From: Actinomycetota bacterium
GTDB lineage: Bacteria; Actinomycetota; Thermoleophilia; Solirubrobacterales; 70-9
Assembly (NCBI GenBank): GCA_030917845.1
Contig: JAUPTY010000001.1
Location: 5,289 to 69,288 of the forward strand
Length of the DNA: 64,000 nt
Reading direction: 5' to 3'
Shown here piece by piece: positions 9,198 to 19,052 of the stretch. The first letter of the stretch is position 1. Each line of letters opens with the position of its first letter. A program made the translations under genes and the position numbers. A model generated the notes under the pieces. That model saw only the letters and a list, made by a program, of their open reading frames with translations. It had not been told where the DNA came from and searched no databases.

Positions 9198-10048
9198 CTG
9201 GATCCGGTCCGCTCTTCCTGCTGCTGCCAGTAGCGGCCAAGGCCGGACCACATTCCTTCGAACGGCCCGGCCCGCCAATAGGTGTTGAGGTCCTCGTCAT
9301 TGACCTGGGCTCCGAGCCACTCACGGATCCAGGTCGCCATTCCCTCGGCGTCCGTCTCGCGGGCCTTGTCGGCGAAGAGATCGAGTGACTCATGCATCAT
9401 GTCGATCTGGCTCTCCACGTCTGTCGACTGTCCGAAGTGCTGAAACGCGATCCGCTCCGGTCGCCACGCACGCACTATCTCCAGTGATTCATGCCAGAGG
9501 GGAGGGTCGATGTCGGGCGGTGGGGTGGGCGGGAAGGCGGGTCCGCCCTCGATCCTGACCCCGGTTACGTCACCGGTGAAGGCGGTTCGGGTTGGCTCGT
9601 GGAAATAGCAGACGTGATGCTTGGCGTGGCCCGGCGTGTATTCGACCTGCCAGGGACCTTCCTTTTCGCCGCCCTTGAGGATCCTGATGTTCTTCTCCGG
9701 AACCGGCACCACCTCGCCCCAGAGCATGTCGAAGTGCTCGCCAAACACTTTCCGGGCGCTGGACACGAGCCGCTCCGGGTCGACCATGTGAGGGGCACCG
9801 GCTTCATGAACCCAGACTTCGACCTCCGGATACTTCTCGACCAGTCTTCCCGTCGCCCCGGCGTGGTCGAAGTGAATATGGGTGAGAAGGATCGCCTGCG
9901 GAACCTGGTCGCCAAGCGCCTCGATCAGGCGGTCGACTGTCTTCTCTGCTCCCGGATCGACGATTACTCTGTCAATCAGGTGGGCGGCGATGGACCCCGG
10001 TTGGTCGAAATGGAAGAGATCGACCGTAACCGGCCCCTGAACTTGCAT
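9194..10048 (-). CDS. MBL-fold metallo-hydrolase
   Basis: Contains LLTHIHFDHAG (HxHxDH). I start it at the internal ATG 10048 (MQVQGPVTVDLF...). The 534-aa track ORF extends antisense over the next gene with Arg/Val-rich junk. Confidence 0.85.
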   Translation of the reverse strand: MQVQGPVTVDLFHFDQPGSIAAHLIDRVIVDPGAEKTVDRLIEALGDQVPQAILLTHIHFDHAGATGRLVEKYPEVEVWVHEAGAPHMVDPERLVSSARKVFGEHFDMLWGEVVPVPEKNIRILKGGEKEGPWQVEYTPGHAKHHVCYFHEPTRTAFTGDVTGVRIEGGPAFPPTPPPDIDPPLWHESLEIVRAWRPERIAFQHFGQSTDVESQIDMMHESLDLFADKARETDAEGMATWIREWLGAQVNDEDLNTYWRAGPFEGMWSGLGRYWQQQEERTGSS

Positions 10049-10078
10049 AAGGGCGAAAATAAGACATAACCTTCCTGC

Positions 10079-12052
10079 GTGCTGCCTGGGGGCAAAGCCA
10101 AGAGGTCGGGAGTAACGGGAGTAAATGGACTGCTGCTCTTCTGTCTGTTGATTTTCGGGGCCTTTGGCGGGCATGCCGATGCGAGAGCCGCTACCAGCGA
10201 GTCTGCGGCCGCCCTTGAACTGGCCAAAAAGTACGTCCCGGTCATGATGATCCGCGAGCAGGAGGATCCGCTCTGCGGGATCGAAGGCGAGCAGTACCAG
10301 GTGATGAAGGTCGACGCGCTGTTCGGCAATCCGGACGTGTTGCTGATGCGGAACAACGACAAGCTCGACTCGACCCTGATCAAGAGAGCACCCGAGATCA
10401 GCGACCTTCGCAACCGCGGCGAGGAGGCTTACCTCGACCTGCGGGGCGACCCGCTCGGGGACACCTGCATCTACGCGAAGGACTTCGACGAGATGAAAGA
10501 TGAAGGGCGCGCCCCGGTTGCGGTGTACGCCCACATCGCCAGGGAAAAAGGCAGGTCCGGGATAGCTCTCCAGTACTGGTTCTACTGGTACTTCAACCAG
10601 TTCAACGATCTGCACGAGAGCGACTGGGAAGGCATGCAGATCACCTTCAAGGCGAACACGGCCAGGAAGGCCCTGGAGGAAGAGCCAGACCAGATGCTCC
10701 TCTTCCAGCACGCGGGAGGGGAGCGCGCCAACTGGACCGACGACAAGGTCGAGAAGGATGGCGACCATCCAGTCGTCTACCCGGCGGCCGGATCTCACGC
10801 GACCTTCTACCAGTCGGCGATCTACCCCCAGAACGGTTCAAAAGGTTCCGGAGTCGGCTGCGACAACACATCCGAACCACTTCGGGAGCTGAGGCCCGAG
10901 GCAGTGTTGTTGCCCTGGCAGCCCACCGACAAAGGCGAATTCGCCTGGCTTTCGTTTGACGGCCGCTGGGGACAGAAGGAAAAGAGTTTCAATAACGGCC
11001 CGACCGGTCCACAGACCAAGGATCAATGGGGCAAGCCGTTTTCCTGGATGGAACAGCAACGATGGTCTAGCCCCCGGATGCCGGGCGGAGGGATCGTGGG
11101 ACCAGAAGCGGTCAATGCCTTCTGCGGGGTGATCGCGGGGGTGACCGGGGTGATGAACCTTCAGCAGGCCGAGCCCTGGGCCGCATACGGGATCATCGCC
11201 GGGTTCATCCTGATTGTCTTCTTCGTCTTCTTCTACTCGAAGTGGCGCCCGGCCGACCCCGACCGACTCCAGCAGAAGCGGGCCTACGGTCAGATCGTTG
11301 GCGCCAGCCTCAAGCTCTATCGGCGAAATCTCGCAGCCTTTGCTGCCCTTGGCGCGATCGCGATACCGATCGTCGGGGGGACCCAGGCCCTGGGCGGCTG
11401 GTTGCGAGGCCGGTCAGGAAGCGACGATCTCCTTCAGGGCTTGTCGGACATCGTGCTGGGGGTGGGCAGCCCGGTGGCGCTGACCCTGGTCTCGGCGCTG
11501 GTGATCGTCTACATAAGGGATCTGGTCTGCGAAAGAGACGCAGGCATAAAGGGCTCGATTCATGGCACCCGGACTCTCTTCTGGCGAGTAGTGATCGCGA
11601 AGATGCTGAGTTTGACCGGGGTGTTTCTGTTAGCAATCACGGTGATCGGGATTCCCTTCGCTATCCGATTCCTCGTCACCTGGTCCTTCGTCCAGCAGGA
11701 AGTGATTTTCACGGACCGGTCGATCCGGGAAGCCTTCCTGGCCAGCACCGATCTGGTCAGAGGCCGCTGGTGGCACACGGTGCGCACGGTTGTTCCCCTG
11801 GGCGCCGTGCTCGCGGTCGCCGGCCCGATGCTCGGTCTGTTCCTGATTTTCACCCCCCTGCCTCTGGTGCTGGTCAATCTGATCGGCTCGGTCGTCTACG
11901 CCCTCGTAATCCCCTTCACGACCACCGGGACCACCCTGCTCTACTTCGATCTCCAGGCCCGACAGCGAGAAGGGTCGGCGGTGCCGAGGCGTTCCTGGGT
12001 GCCGTGGAAGCCGAACAGTTTCGGTCGTCGCATCGAACAGCCCGCCAGCTGA
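10079..12052 (+). CDS. Membrane protein with an N-terminal Vps62-like (DUF946) domain and a C-terminal polytopic domain
   Basis: 657 aa. A signal/anchor (LLLFCLLIFGAFGG) is followed by VAVYAHIAREKGRSGIALQYWFYWYFNQFNDLHESDWEGMQITF, the Vps62 signature. The last ~300 aa carry about 6 TM segments. Confidence 0.7.
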   Translation: MLPGGKAKRSGVTGVNGLLLFCLLIFGAFGGHADARAATSESAAALELAKKYVPVMMIREQEDPLCGIEGEQYQVMKVDALFGNPDVLLMRNNDKLDSTLIKRAPEISDLRNRGEEAYLDLRGDPLGDTCIYAKDFDEMKDEGRAPVAVYAHIAREKGRSGIALQYWFYWYFNQFNDLHESDWEGMQITFKANTARKALEEEPDQMLLFQHAGGERANWTDDKVEKDGDHPVVYPAAGSHATFYQSAIYPQNGSKGSGVGCDNTSEPLRELRPEAVLLPWQPTDKGEFAWLSFDGRWGQKEKSFNNGPTGPQTKDQWGKPFSWMEQQRWSSPRMPGGGIVGPEAVNAFCGVIAGVTGVMNLQQAEPWAAYGIIAGFILIVFFVFFYSKWRPADPDRLQQKRAYGQIVGASLKLYRRNLAAFAALGAIAIPIVGGTQALGGWLRGRSGSDDLLQGLSDIVLGVGSPVALTLVSALVIVYIRDLVCERDAGIKGSIHGTRTLFWRVVIAKMLSLTGVFLLAITVIGIPFAIRFLVTWSFVQQEVIFTDRSIREAFLASTDLVRGRWWHTVRTVVPLGAVLAVAGPMLGLFLIFTPLPLVLVNLIGSVVYALVIPFTTTGTTLLYFDLQARQREGSAVPRRSWVPWKPNSFGRRIEQPAS

Positions 12053-12081
12053 GCCGCGGACAGGGCCAGGCTCGCCGTCAG

Positions 12082-12756
12082 CTAGGAGAGGGTGGTGATC
12101 CCGTCGCCCATGAGCTTGGCGGCGATCACCACGAAGATCACCGCCATGATCAAGCCACCGTTGCGGGCCATGCTCTCCTTGAGCCAGCTCAGCAGTCCCT
12201 CGGCCCGGTCACCCATGAACAGGTAGATCCCGAGCGGCACGACCACCCCGAGGCTGGCGATGGCTGTGAAGACAAGCAGGGCGGCCACCTGGTCGCCTGC
12301 GAGGGTACCGGTTCCGGCGATCGCGGTTGCGGCACCCGCGACAAGAATGAGGTTCTTGGGGTTGACTGCGGCCAGGGCGATTCCGGCAACGGCTGACCTG
12401 GCCGCATCGAAGTCATCCAGCTTTGACATCCAGCCGGGCAGGTCCGGTTCTCCTTTGCTGGTCCGCCACTTCTTCAGCTGTCGATACGCGAAGATCAGCA
12501 GGATGAGCCCAAGTCCGATACTGGCGTAGCCGGTCCAGCCAGCGGGATCGCCCCCGCTGCTTGCGGCGGCGCTTCGGTTAAGCAGCAGTAGCAGCCCGCC
12601 GAGGGCCAGCAAGCCGATAATCCAGCCAGCAAGGAATGAAATCCCGTTGCTGCGTGCCTTTGCGGTCCCGAGGATTAGTACCGAGGCGATGATGCCGACC
12701 GGGCTGACAGCAATGGCCACTGCCAGCGGCAACGTCTGTCCGATCGCCTCTCCCAT
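12082..12756 (-). CDS. GAP family (Sap/DUF2910-like) membrane protein
   Basis: Starts MGEAIGQTLPLAVAIAVSPVGIIASVLILGT and is polytopic. I prefer the internal ATG 12756 to the track start 12816. Confidence 0.7.
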   Translation of the reverse strand: MGEAIGQTLPLAVAIAVSPVGIIASVLILGTAKARSNGISFLAGWIIGLLALGGLLLLLNRSAAASSGGDPAGWTGYASIGLGLILLIFAYRQLKKWRTSKGEPDLPGWMSKLDDFDAARSAVAGIALAAVNPKNLILVAGAATAIAGTGTLAGDQVAALLVFTAIASLGVVVPLGIYLFMGDRAEGLLSWLKESMARNGGLIMAVIFVVIAAKLMGDGITTLS

Positions 12757-12766
12757 CGAGTCCAGC

Positions 12767-13378
12767 TTAGCCGCGGGAGGAGAGCACGCCGCGCACGGCT
12801 GCCTCGAGTACCCCAAGTGGTTCGATTACACGTTCGCGGCGATTGATCAGGATTGCGGTGGGGAGGTCCACAACGCATATCGCGACGGTCTCCACCGAGG
12901 CTCGATCCCGCTTGCCCCACAAACCCCTTGCGAGGCGTGTAAGCACTGCGAGCAGCCTGTTATCGAGTTCCTGGAGTTCGGCTCGCAGGTCGGCTGAGAT
13001 CTCCTGACCGAGGATGTCGTCGCGCCGGTAGCGAAACAGGACGGTAGCGGTGTCTGGTGCCTGGGCCTGGATGACGGCGGGAACGGAGGCGACCGCCACG
13101 GTGGCTGCGACCGCTTCCTCGAAACCGTGCTCGTCCTCGTCCTCGAGCTCACGGTCGATTGCGGCTTCCTGTTCGGTGAGGAAGCGCTCAGCCGCCCTGA
13201 GCCACATCCGGCCGAGCAGGTCAGCCCGCGAACCAAAGGCGTGGTAGAGGGTGCCGCTCGGGGCGCCGGTCGCCTGGCCGAGGGCCCGGATAGTCACGGC
13301 AGAACTCCCACCTTCCGCCAGCAAGCGTTCGGCAGCATCAAGCAATGAATCAATGTCGTGGGTGCGGGGGCGGGCCAT
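12767..13378 (-). CDS. TetR family transcriptional regulator
   Basis: MARPRTHDIDSLLDAAERLLAEGGSSAVTIRALGQATGAPSGTLYHAFGSR. The start is ATG 13378; the longer track ORF is an upstream extension. Confidence 0.85.
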   Translation of the reverse strand: MARPRTHDIDSLLDAAERLLAEGGSSAVTIRALGQATGAPSGTLYHAFGSRADLLGRMWLRAAERFLTEQEAAIDRELEDEDEHGFEEAVAATVAVASVPAVIQAQAPDTATVLFRYRRDDILGQEISADLRAELQELDNRLLAVLTRLARGLWGKRDRASVETVAICVVDLPTAILINRRERVIEPLGVLEAAVRGVLSSRG

Positions 13379-13389
13379 GGTGCGAATAT

Positions 13390-13411
13390 ACTTTAGTTCT
13401 AGAACAAATGT
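13390..13411. promoter_or_regulatory. Palindromic operator candidate in the TetR / enoyl-CoA hydratase divergent region
   Basis: ACTTTAGTTCTAGAACAAATGT. The core GTTCTAGAAC (13396-13405) is a perfect palindrome within an AT-rich spacer. Confidence 0.55.
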
Positions 13412-13460
13412 GCTAAAACCTCGTGAGAGCTTCAATCCAACTCGAACACAGGAGACATCC

Positions 13461-14258
13461 ATGCCGGACCAGCCTGATTCATTGCCGAGCCTCAGTCGCA
13501 ACGGGGATGTATTCCTGCTTGATCTGGGCGACGGCGAGAACCGCTTCAATCCTGACCGCAACGGCATCATCGAGGAGCTCGTTTCCGGGTTGGAATCGGC
13601 CCCGGCTCCCCGGGCAATGGTCACGGTTGCCAGAGGAAAGATCTGGTCCAACGGCCTTGACCTCGAATGGTTTCAGGCCAATCCCGACCGGGTTCAGGAG
13701 GCGCTCGACCAGACCGAAAGGCTGATCGGAAGGATCCTCGGGCTTGGTGTACCGACCGTGGCCGCCATCCAGGGGCACTGCTTCGCAGGCGGCGCCATGC
13801 TCGCGCTCGCCCATGACTTCATCCTCATGCGAGAAGACAGGGGTTACTTCTGTCTGCCGGAGGCCGATCTCGGGTTACCCTTCACTCCCGGGATGAACTC
13901 CCTGCTCCTCAGCCGGCTTCCGCGACGCACCGCACACGAGGTGATGGTCACCGGCCGCCGTTTCGGGGGAGCCGAGGCTGCCGCGGCGGGGATCGTTGAC
14001 CAGACCGTCACCGAGAACGAACTGCTCCCCGCGGCGATCGAAAGGGCGGCAGGCCAGGCCCCGAAGAACCCCGAGACTCTCAAGGCGATCAAGTGCCGAA
14101 TCTACGAAGAGACGATCGATTTGCTCGAAACGTCTCATCCCCTGGGTACCTGGCAGGGCGCCCCTGGCAGGGCGCCGGGCGATATAAGGTCTTCGGCATG
14201 GCAGAGAAGCCCGCGCGCAATCGAGATGGCAGCCGAATCAACTCGCAGGAGTATGTGA
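13461..14258 (+). CDS. Enoyl-CoA hydratase/isomerase family protein
   Basis: The start is ATG 13461 with SD AGGAGA. Crotonase-fold block AAIQGHCFAGGAMLALAHDF. The 3' end is uncertain because of a 14-bp tandem duplication at 14149-14176. Confidence 0.8.
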   Translation: MPDQPDSLPSLSRNGDVFLLDLGDGENRFNPDRNGIIEELVSGLESAPAPRAMVTVARGKIWSNGLDLEWFQANPDRVQEALDQTERLIGRILGLGVPTVAAIQGHCFAGGAMLALAHDFILMREDRGYFCLPEADLGLPFTPGMNSLLLSRLPRRTAHEVMVTGRRFGGAEAAAAGIVDQTVTENELLPAAIERAAGQAPKNPETLKAIKCRIYEETIDLLETSHPLGTWQGAPGRAPGDIRSSAWQRSPRAIEMAAESTRRSM

Positions 14259-14404
14259 CCCTCGCGCTCTGCGTAATCGTGCCGATCATCGGCTTGCTCT
14301 TCGCGATATATGCCAAGTCCCAGCACGAGCCCTGGGCAAGCCGGGCAATCATCTTCGGAATCGTTGCCCTGATCGTCTGGACCGTCCTCATCTTCACTCT
14401 CTAG
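14198..14404 (+). CDS. Small two-TM membrane protein (hypothetical)
   Basis: 68 aa: MAEKPARNRDGSRINSQEYVTLALCVIVPIIGLLFAIYAKSQHEPWASRAIIFGIVALIVWTVLIFTL. It ends 2 nt before the SUI1 gene and overlaps the tail of the preceding ORF. Confidence 0.5.
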   Translation: MAEKPARNRDGSRINSQEYVTLALCVIVPIIGLLFAIYAKSQHEPWASRAIIFGIVALIVWTVLIFTL

Positions 14405-14406
14405 GG

Positions 14407-14772
14407 ATGCCGCGCGACTCCGAGCTCGTCTATTCAAGCGACGACGGTGACCTGCGCAAGTCACCAGGGAATCGGAAAGGGCAAAGGAAGCCCTCGCCCC
14501 GGCAGGAACCGGCACCAGGTCCGGCAGCTTCCGGTTCGACGATCAAGGTGAAGCGCGAAACTTCTGGCCGCAAGGGCAAGACGGCGACCACGATTTCCGG
14601 GATCCCCCTGGGTGAGTCAGACACCCGGACTCTCGCGAAACGACTGAAACAGCACTGCGGAGTTGGCGGTACGGCCCGCGGCTCGAGCATCGAGCTCCAG
14701 GGTGACCAGCGCGACAAGGTGATCGCCTTTCTCGAGAAGGAAGGCCACCGCGCCGTCCGGGCGGGTGGCTGA
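14407..14772 (+). CDS. yciH: SUI1/eIF1-family translation initiation factor homologue (YciH-like)
   Basis: 121 aa with IKVKRETSGRKGKTATTISGIPL...LAKRLKQHCGVGGTARGSSIELQGDQRDKVIAFLEKEG. Confidence 0.88.
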   Translation: MPRDSELVYSSDDGDLRKSPGNRKGQRKPSPRQEPAPGPAASGSTIKVKRETSGRKGKTATTISGIPLGESDTRTLAKRLKQHCGVGGTARGSSIELQGDQRDKVIAFLEKEGHRAVRAGG

Positions 14773-14814
14773 CCCTCGTCCCGAGGAACCCCAAGGAAGC
14801 GAAAGGAACCGAAA

Positions 14815-15351
14815 GTGATTTCAGTCAAAGCGCGGGAAGCCCGGGAAAGGGTCGTCCTGGATCATTTCGCTGATGAGGTGGCGCAGGACTGGGACGCCAC
14901 GCTGTCGACCTTTCCCCACCCGCGATACGAACTGGTGCCGACCGAAACCGTTCATGACGGTGGTGTCTCGGTTCGAAGCTACTACCACGACACGAGGATC
15001 GCCTTTCCCGACCAGCGACACGAGATGATTGCGCTCAGGCATGCTGATGACGCGGTAATCGTCGAGTTCTACCTGCTGGGAACTCATCTGGGACCGCTTG
15101 GGCCGGTGCCGCCGACCGGTGGGACGTTCAAGGTCCGGATGACCGCTTTCTTCGTATTCGACGAGAACGAAGTGCTGGTCACCGAAAGGGTTTACTTCGA
15201 TCAGCTGACCATGATGCGCCAGCTGCTCGGGGGAGTGAACCTCAAGTCGGTATCCGGGCTGATCCAGTTGGTCAGGATCCTTCGTGGCTTCGCGAAGATG
15301 GGTAAGGAGCCGAAAGACGAGATCCCGGCGGTGCCAGCCCGAACAGCCTGA
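14815..15351 (+). CDS. SnoaL-like / ester cyclase (NTF2 superfamily) protein
   Basis: 178 aa. It has a typical ester-cyclase layout (YYHDTRIAFPDQRHEM...FKVRMTAFFVFDENEVLVTERVYFD). Confidence 0.65.
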   Translation: MISVKAREARERVVLDHFADEVAQDWDATLSTFPHPRYELVPTETVHDGGVSVRSYYHDTRIAFPDQRHEMIALRHADDAVIVEFYLLGTHLGPLGPVPPTGGTFKVRMTAFFVFDENEVLVTERVYFDQLTMMRQLLGGVNLKSVSGLIQLVRILRGFAKMGKEPKDEIPAVPARTA

Positions 15352-15374
15352 TCCCGACCGGCCAGGACTGATAC

Positions 15375-15402
15375 TTGACATATACCCCATAGGGGTATAA
15401 TG
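15375..15402 (+). promoter_or_regulatory. Promoter with embedded CsoR operator palindrome (copper operon)
   Basis: TTGACA (15375-15380) is followed directly by TATACCCC-ata-GGGGTATA (15381-15399), a perfect 8-bp inverted repeat of the CsoR box type (GC-tract dyad). TATAAT-like hexamers at 15396-15401 and 15404-15409 lie only 2-9 nt from the ATG, giving a very short or absent leader. Confidence 0.75.
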
Positions 15403-15410
15403 TATAATTC

Positions 15411-16367
15411 ATGAGCACTCCGACCAAGCTTTTTCTCTTCGGAATCAGCCTGATGTTGATCTTCGGTTTCTCGTTTTTCGCCGGCAAGGCCCTGATTCCC
15501 GAAGAGACAGTCTCGACCTGGACCAGGGAGGCCGAGGATTCGGCCGACGACCACGGAGATTCGGGTGGCCACGAAGCGGACGCAGGCCATCGGCCCGCAA
15601 GTGCTACCCCCGAGCCCGTGAGCGGGCTCTCGATCGAGCAGGACGGTTACCGGATGACCGCGGTGAAGGCTCCGACGAGCGTCGTTGGCGGGGGTGAGCT
15701 CTCTTTCCAGATCCTCGATCCCGCGGGGGCTCCGCTGACCGACTTCACGACCAGTCACGAGAAGGACCTGCACCTGATCGTGGTCGGAAGCGACGGCTCC
15801 GGGTTCCGGCATGTACACCCACGGCTTGATCGTCGCTCGGGTACCTGGACGCTGCCATGGACATGGACAGACGGCGGCAGCTACCGGGTCTTCGCTGACT
15901 TCGTGCCAGCCGGGTCGAATGACGCTGCCAGCCTGACTCTTTCCCGCAGCGTTCAAGTCACTGGCAGCTTCAGCCCGGTTGTGCCGGTCCTGTCGAGAAC
16001 TGACAGGGTCGGCGGTTACAAAGTCAGACTTTCCGGCGAGCTGGAGGCAGGGGAGAGCCGCGATCTGACCGCGAAGATCACCGAGGACGGTGCCCCGGTT
16101 ACAGACCTGCAGCCCTACCTCGGGTCCTTCGGGCATCTGGTTGCCTTGCGTGAGGGTGACCTCGCCTATCTTCACGTCCACGCCGGAGCGGATCACGAGT
16201 CCGTTCAGGAGCAGCCATCCGATGGTCACGGTCATGGCACTCACTCGGCCGGCCCCGACATCGATTTCATGACCGCAGCACCTACCCCGGGTCGCTACCT
16301 GATGTACCTCGATTTCAAGGTTGACGGCGACGTACATACCGCTGAATTCGTACTGGAGGCAAAATGA
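15411..16367 (+). CDS. Secreted/anchored His-rich protein of unknown function, first gene of the copper operon
   Basis: 318 aa with an N-terminal TM ([19 protein letters not shown]). His/Asp tracts are [15 protein letters not shown] and [10 protein letters not shown]...DGHGHGTH. A 4-nt ATGA overlap links it to copA. Confidence 0.7.
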   Translation: MSTPTKLFLFGISLMLIFGFSFFAGKALIPEETVSTWTREAEDSADDHGDSGGHEADAGHRPASATPEPVSGLSIEQDGYRMTAVKAPTSVVGGGELSFQILDPAGAPLTDFTTSHEKDLHLIVVGSDGSGFRHVHPRLDRRSGTWTLPWTWTDGGSYRVFADFVPAGSNDAASLTLSRSVQVTGSFSPVVPVLSRTDRVGGYKVRLSGELEAGESRDLTAKITEDGAPVTDLQPYLGSFGHLVALREGDLAYLHVHAGADHESVQEQPSDGHGHGTHSAGPDIDFMTAAPTPGRYLMYLDFKVDGDVHTAEFVLEAK

Positions 16368-18688
16368 GCGCTCAGACAACCCGACCGGAAGTGGCCGGAG
16401 AGGATCTGGAACTGGAGATCGGCGGGATGACCTGCGCTTCCTGCGCCACCCGGATCGAGAAGAGGCTCAACAAGCTCGAAGGCGTCGACGCCAGCGTCAA
16501 CTACGCGACCGAAAAGGCCAGGGTCAATGCCCCGCATGGCACCGACCCGAACCTGCTGATCGCCGAGGTCGAGAAGACCGGCTACAGGGCGGCGGTCCCG
16601 AAGTCTGTCCATAGTCATGGTCACGATCATGACCATGGTGGACTGGCTGGTCCCGAGGACGACCGGGAGCAGGAATCGCTTCGGATCCGTTTGATCGTAT
16701 CGACACTTCTGGCGGTACCGGTCATCGCGATGGCGATGTTCGAGGCTCTCCAGTTCGAGTACTGGCAGTGGGCGTCTCTGACTCTTGCCGCACCGGTGGT
16801 CGTGTGGGGGGCCCTGCCATTTCACAGAGCCACCTGGCGGAACCTGCGTCACGGCGCGACAACCATGGACACCCTGGTCTCGATGGGTATCTCGGCGGCC
16901 TTCATCTGGTCGCTCTACGCGCTCTTCCTTGGCACGGCAGGCGAGCCCGGCATGACCCATCCATTCGAGATAACCGTGTCACCACAGAACGGCGCCGCGA
17001 ACATCTACCTCGAAGTCGCTGCGGGGGTGACGATGTTCCTGCTCGCCGGAAAGTTCTTTGAGGTTCGTTCCAAACGTCGGGCGAGTTCTGCGATGCGCGC
17101 CCTGCTCGAGCTGGGCGCCAGGGAAGCCACTCTGCTGAAGAATGGTGAGGAGGTCCGCGTTCCAGCCGACCAGCTGGTGGTGGGTGACGAGTTCGTGGTC
17201 CGCCCGGGTGAGAAAGTCGCGACCGACGGCCAGATCATTTCCGGTTCCTCGGCCGTCGACCAGTCGATGATTACCGGGGAGTCCCTTCCGGTAGAAGTTG
17301 GTGAAGGTGACGCAGTGACCGGCGCCACGGTGAATGTTGGCGGCCGTCTGGTGGTCCGGGTGACGAAGGTCGGATCCGACACCCAGCTGGCCCGCATGGC
17401 AAGAATGGTGGAGGACGCCCAGTCGGGCAAGGCGGATGTCCAGCGGCTCGCCGACCGGATCTCCGGGGTGTTCGTGCCGGTGGTCATCGCGATCGCGGCC
17501 GGAACTCTGGGGGCCTGGCTCGGTGCGGGCTTCCCGGTTGAAGCCGCCTTCACGGCCGCGGTGGCAGTGCTGATCATTGCCTGCCCTTGCGCCCTCGGAC
17601 TGGCGACTCCGACCGCACTTCTGGTCGGTACTGGCCGAGGCGCCAACATGGGAGTGTTGATCAAAGGTCCGGAGATCCTTGAATCCACACGGAAGGTGGA
17701 CACGATCGTCCTCGACAAGACCGGCACGGTGACCACCGGCCAGATGACCCTGACCGAGGTGGTCACGACGCCGGGAACCGGACGCAAGGAACTGCTGCGG
17801 CTGGCCGGTGCGCTTGAGAACGCTTCCGAACACCCGGTCGCCAGGGCGGTAACGGAAGCGGCGATCGCCGAAACCGGGGCCCTCCCTGACCCCGAAGGTT
17901 TCGCCAACGTCGAGGGCAGGGGAGTACAGGGCGTGGTCGAGGGACATGCGGTTCTGGTCGGACGAGAAGAGCTCCTCGCGGAGTGGTCGCAGCGACTTCC
18001 GGAAGAACTTGCTGAATCGAAACGGAAAGCAGAAAGCGAAGGCAGGACCGTCGTGATTGCCAGCTGGGATGGCGAGCCGCGGGGATTGCTCATGGTCGCC
18101 GACACGATAAAACCGACGAGCAGCCAGGCGGTAAGGCAGTTCAGGGAACTCGGACTCGACCCGGTATTGCTCACGGGCGACAACCCTGAAGTAGCCGGCC
18201 AGGTAGCGGCCGAGGTCGGTATCGAATCGGTGCGCTCGGAAGTTCTTCCCGGCGAGAAGGTCGAGGAGATCAAGCGGCTCCAGCAGAAGGGCAGGGTCGT
18301 CGCGATGGTGGGGGACGGAGTGAACGACGCCCCGGCTCTGGCCCAGGCCGACCTCGGACTGGCGATGGGCACCGGCACCGACATCGCGATCGAAGCGTCG
18401 GACATAACCCTCGTCCGGGGTGACCTGCGCAGCGCCGGGGACGCGATCCGGCTCTCCCGCCGGACGCTCGGCACGATCAAGGTGAATCTCTTCTGGGCCT
18501 TCGCCTACAACATCGCAGCGATACCTCTCGCGGCCCTGGGGCTGCTCAACCCGATGCTGGCTGGTGCCGCAATGGCTTTTTCCAGCGTTTTCGTCGTCGG
18601 CAACAGTCTGCGCCTTCGCTCCTTCAGAAGTACTGCGGAGGATTCTCCCGGTGATGCACCGAAAGGAACCAGAGATGACAGCAAGTGA
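16364..18688 (+). CDS. copA: Copper-translocating P1B-type ATPase
   Basis: HMA domain [24 protein letters not shown] motif [19 protein letters not shown] and [10 protein letters not shown]. Confidence 0.95.
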   Translation: MSAQTTRPEVAGEDLELEIGGMTCASCATRIEKRLNKLEGVDASVNYATEKARVNAPHGTDPNLLIAEVEKTGYRAAVPKSVHSHGHDHDHGGLAGPEDDREQESLRIRLIVSTLLAVPVIAMAMFEALQFEYWQWASLTLAAPVVVWGALPFHRATWRNLRHGATTMDTLVSMGISAAFIWSLYALFLGTAGEPGMTHPFEITVSPQNGAANIYLEVAAGVTMFLLAGKFFEVRSKRRASSAMRALLELGAREATLLKNGEEVRVPADQLVVGDEFVVRPGEKVATDGQIISGSSAVDQSMITGESLPVEVGEGDAVTGATVNVGGRLVVRVTKVGSDTQLARMARMVEDAQSGKADVQRLADRISGVFVPVVIAIAAGTLGAWLGAGFPVEAAFTAAVAVLIIACPCALGLATPTALLVGTGRGANMGVLIKGPEILESTRKVDTIVLDKTGTVTTGQMTLTEVVTTPGTGRKELLRLAGALENASEHPVARAVTEAAIAETGALPDPEGFANVEGRGVQGVVEGHAVLVGREELLAEWSQRLPEELAESKRKAESEGRTVVIASWDGEPRGLLMVADTIKPTSSQAVRQFRELGLDPVLLTGDNPEVAGQVAAEVGIESVRSEVLPGEKVEEIKRLQQKGRVVAMVGDGVNDAPALAQADLGLAMGTGTDIAIEASDITLVRGDLRSAGDAIRLSRRTLGTIKVNLFWAFAYNIAAIPLAALGLLNPMLAGAAMAFSSVFVVGNSLRLRSFRSTAEDSPGDAPKGTRDDSK

Positions 18689-18977
18689 AGAACACACCCA
18701 CGGTTACCTCCACGACAAGGAGCGCTACCTCGCCCGGCTGAAGCGCATAGAGGGCCAGGCGCGCGGCATCCACCGTATGGTCGAGGAAGACAAGTACTGC
18801 ATTGACATCCTCACCCAGATCAGCGCTCTGACTTCTGCGCTGGAAGGCGTGGCGATCGGCCTGCTCGACGAGCATCTGAAGCACTGTGTGGTGGATGCGG
18901 CGAAGGAAGGCGGGGCGGAGGCCGACGAGAAGATGAAAGAAGCTTCAGACGCGATCGCCCGCCTGGTCAAATCCTGA
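18675..18977 (+). CDS. csoR: CsoR family copper-sensing transcriptional repressor
   Basis: 100 aa starting at ATG 18675, overlapping the copA end by 14 nt. [31 protein letters not shown]...EHLKHCV carries the C-H-C ligand pattern. Confidence 0.9.
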   Translation: MTASEEHTHGYLHDKERYLARLKRIEGQARGIHRMVEEDKYCIDILTQISALTSALEGVAIGLLDEHLKHCVVDAAKEGGAEADEKMKEASDAIARLVKS

Positions 18978-19052
18978 TCCGACACCGCGACGGTCTATGA
19001 TCGGCCTCACGGCGTGACCAGCAGGGGCGGCGTAACCGACAGGGAGTCATTC

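Noticed and set aside
9194-10798. 534-aa version of the MBL hydrolase ORF.
   Set aside because: Only the last 284 codons (from ATG 10048) look like an MBL-fold protein. The upstream 250 codons are low-complexity and run antisense to the well-supported 10079-12052 gene.
14144-14149. GGGTAC upstream of the small membrane-protein/SUI1 genes as a thirteenth SigB/F-type promoter.
   Set aside because: No GNNT lies at 14-17 nt upstream, and the element is inside the enoyl-CoA hydratase coding region.
16979-18697. 572-aa ORF antisense to copA. Similar long antisense or overlapping ORFs include 3980-4993, 15201-16379, 19969-21312, 35904-36740, 40610-41590, 51336-52610, 58035-59021 and 62269-63678.
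   Set aside because: These are shadow ORFs typical of high-GC DNA. Their translations are Arg/Gly/Pro/His-rich and motif-free. Each fully overlaps a gene on the other strand that has unmistakable family motifs.
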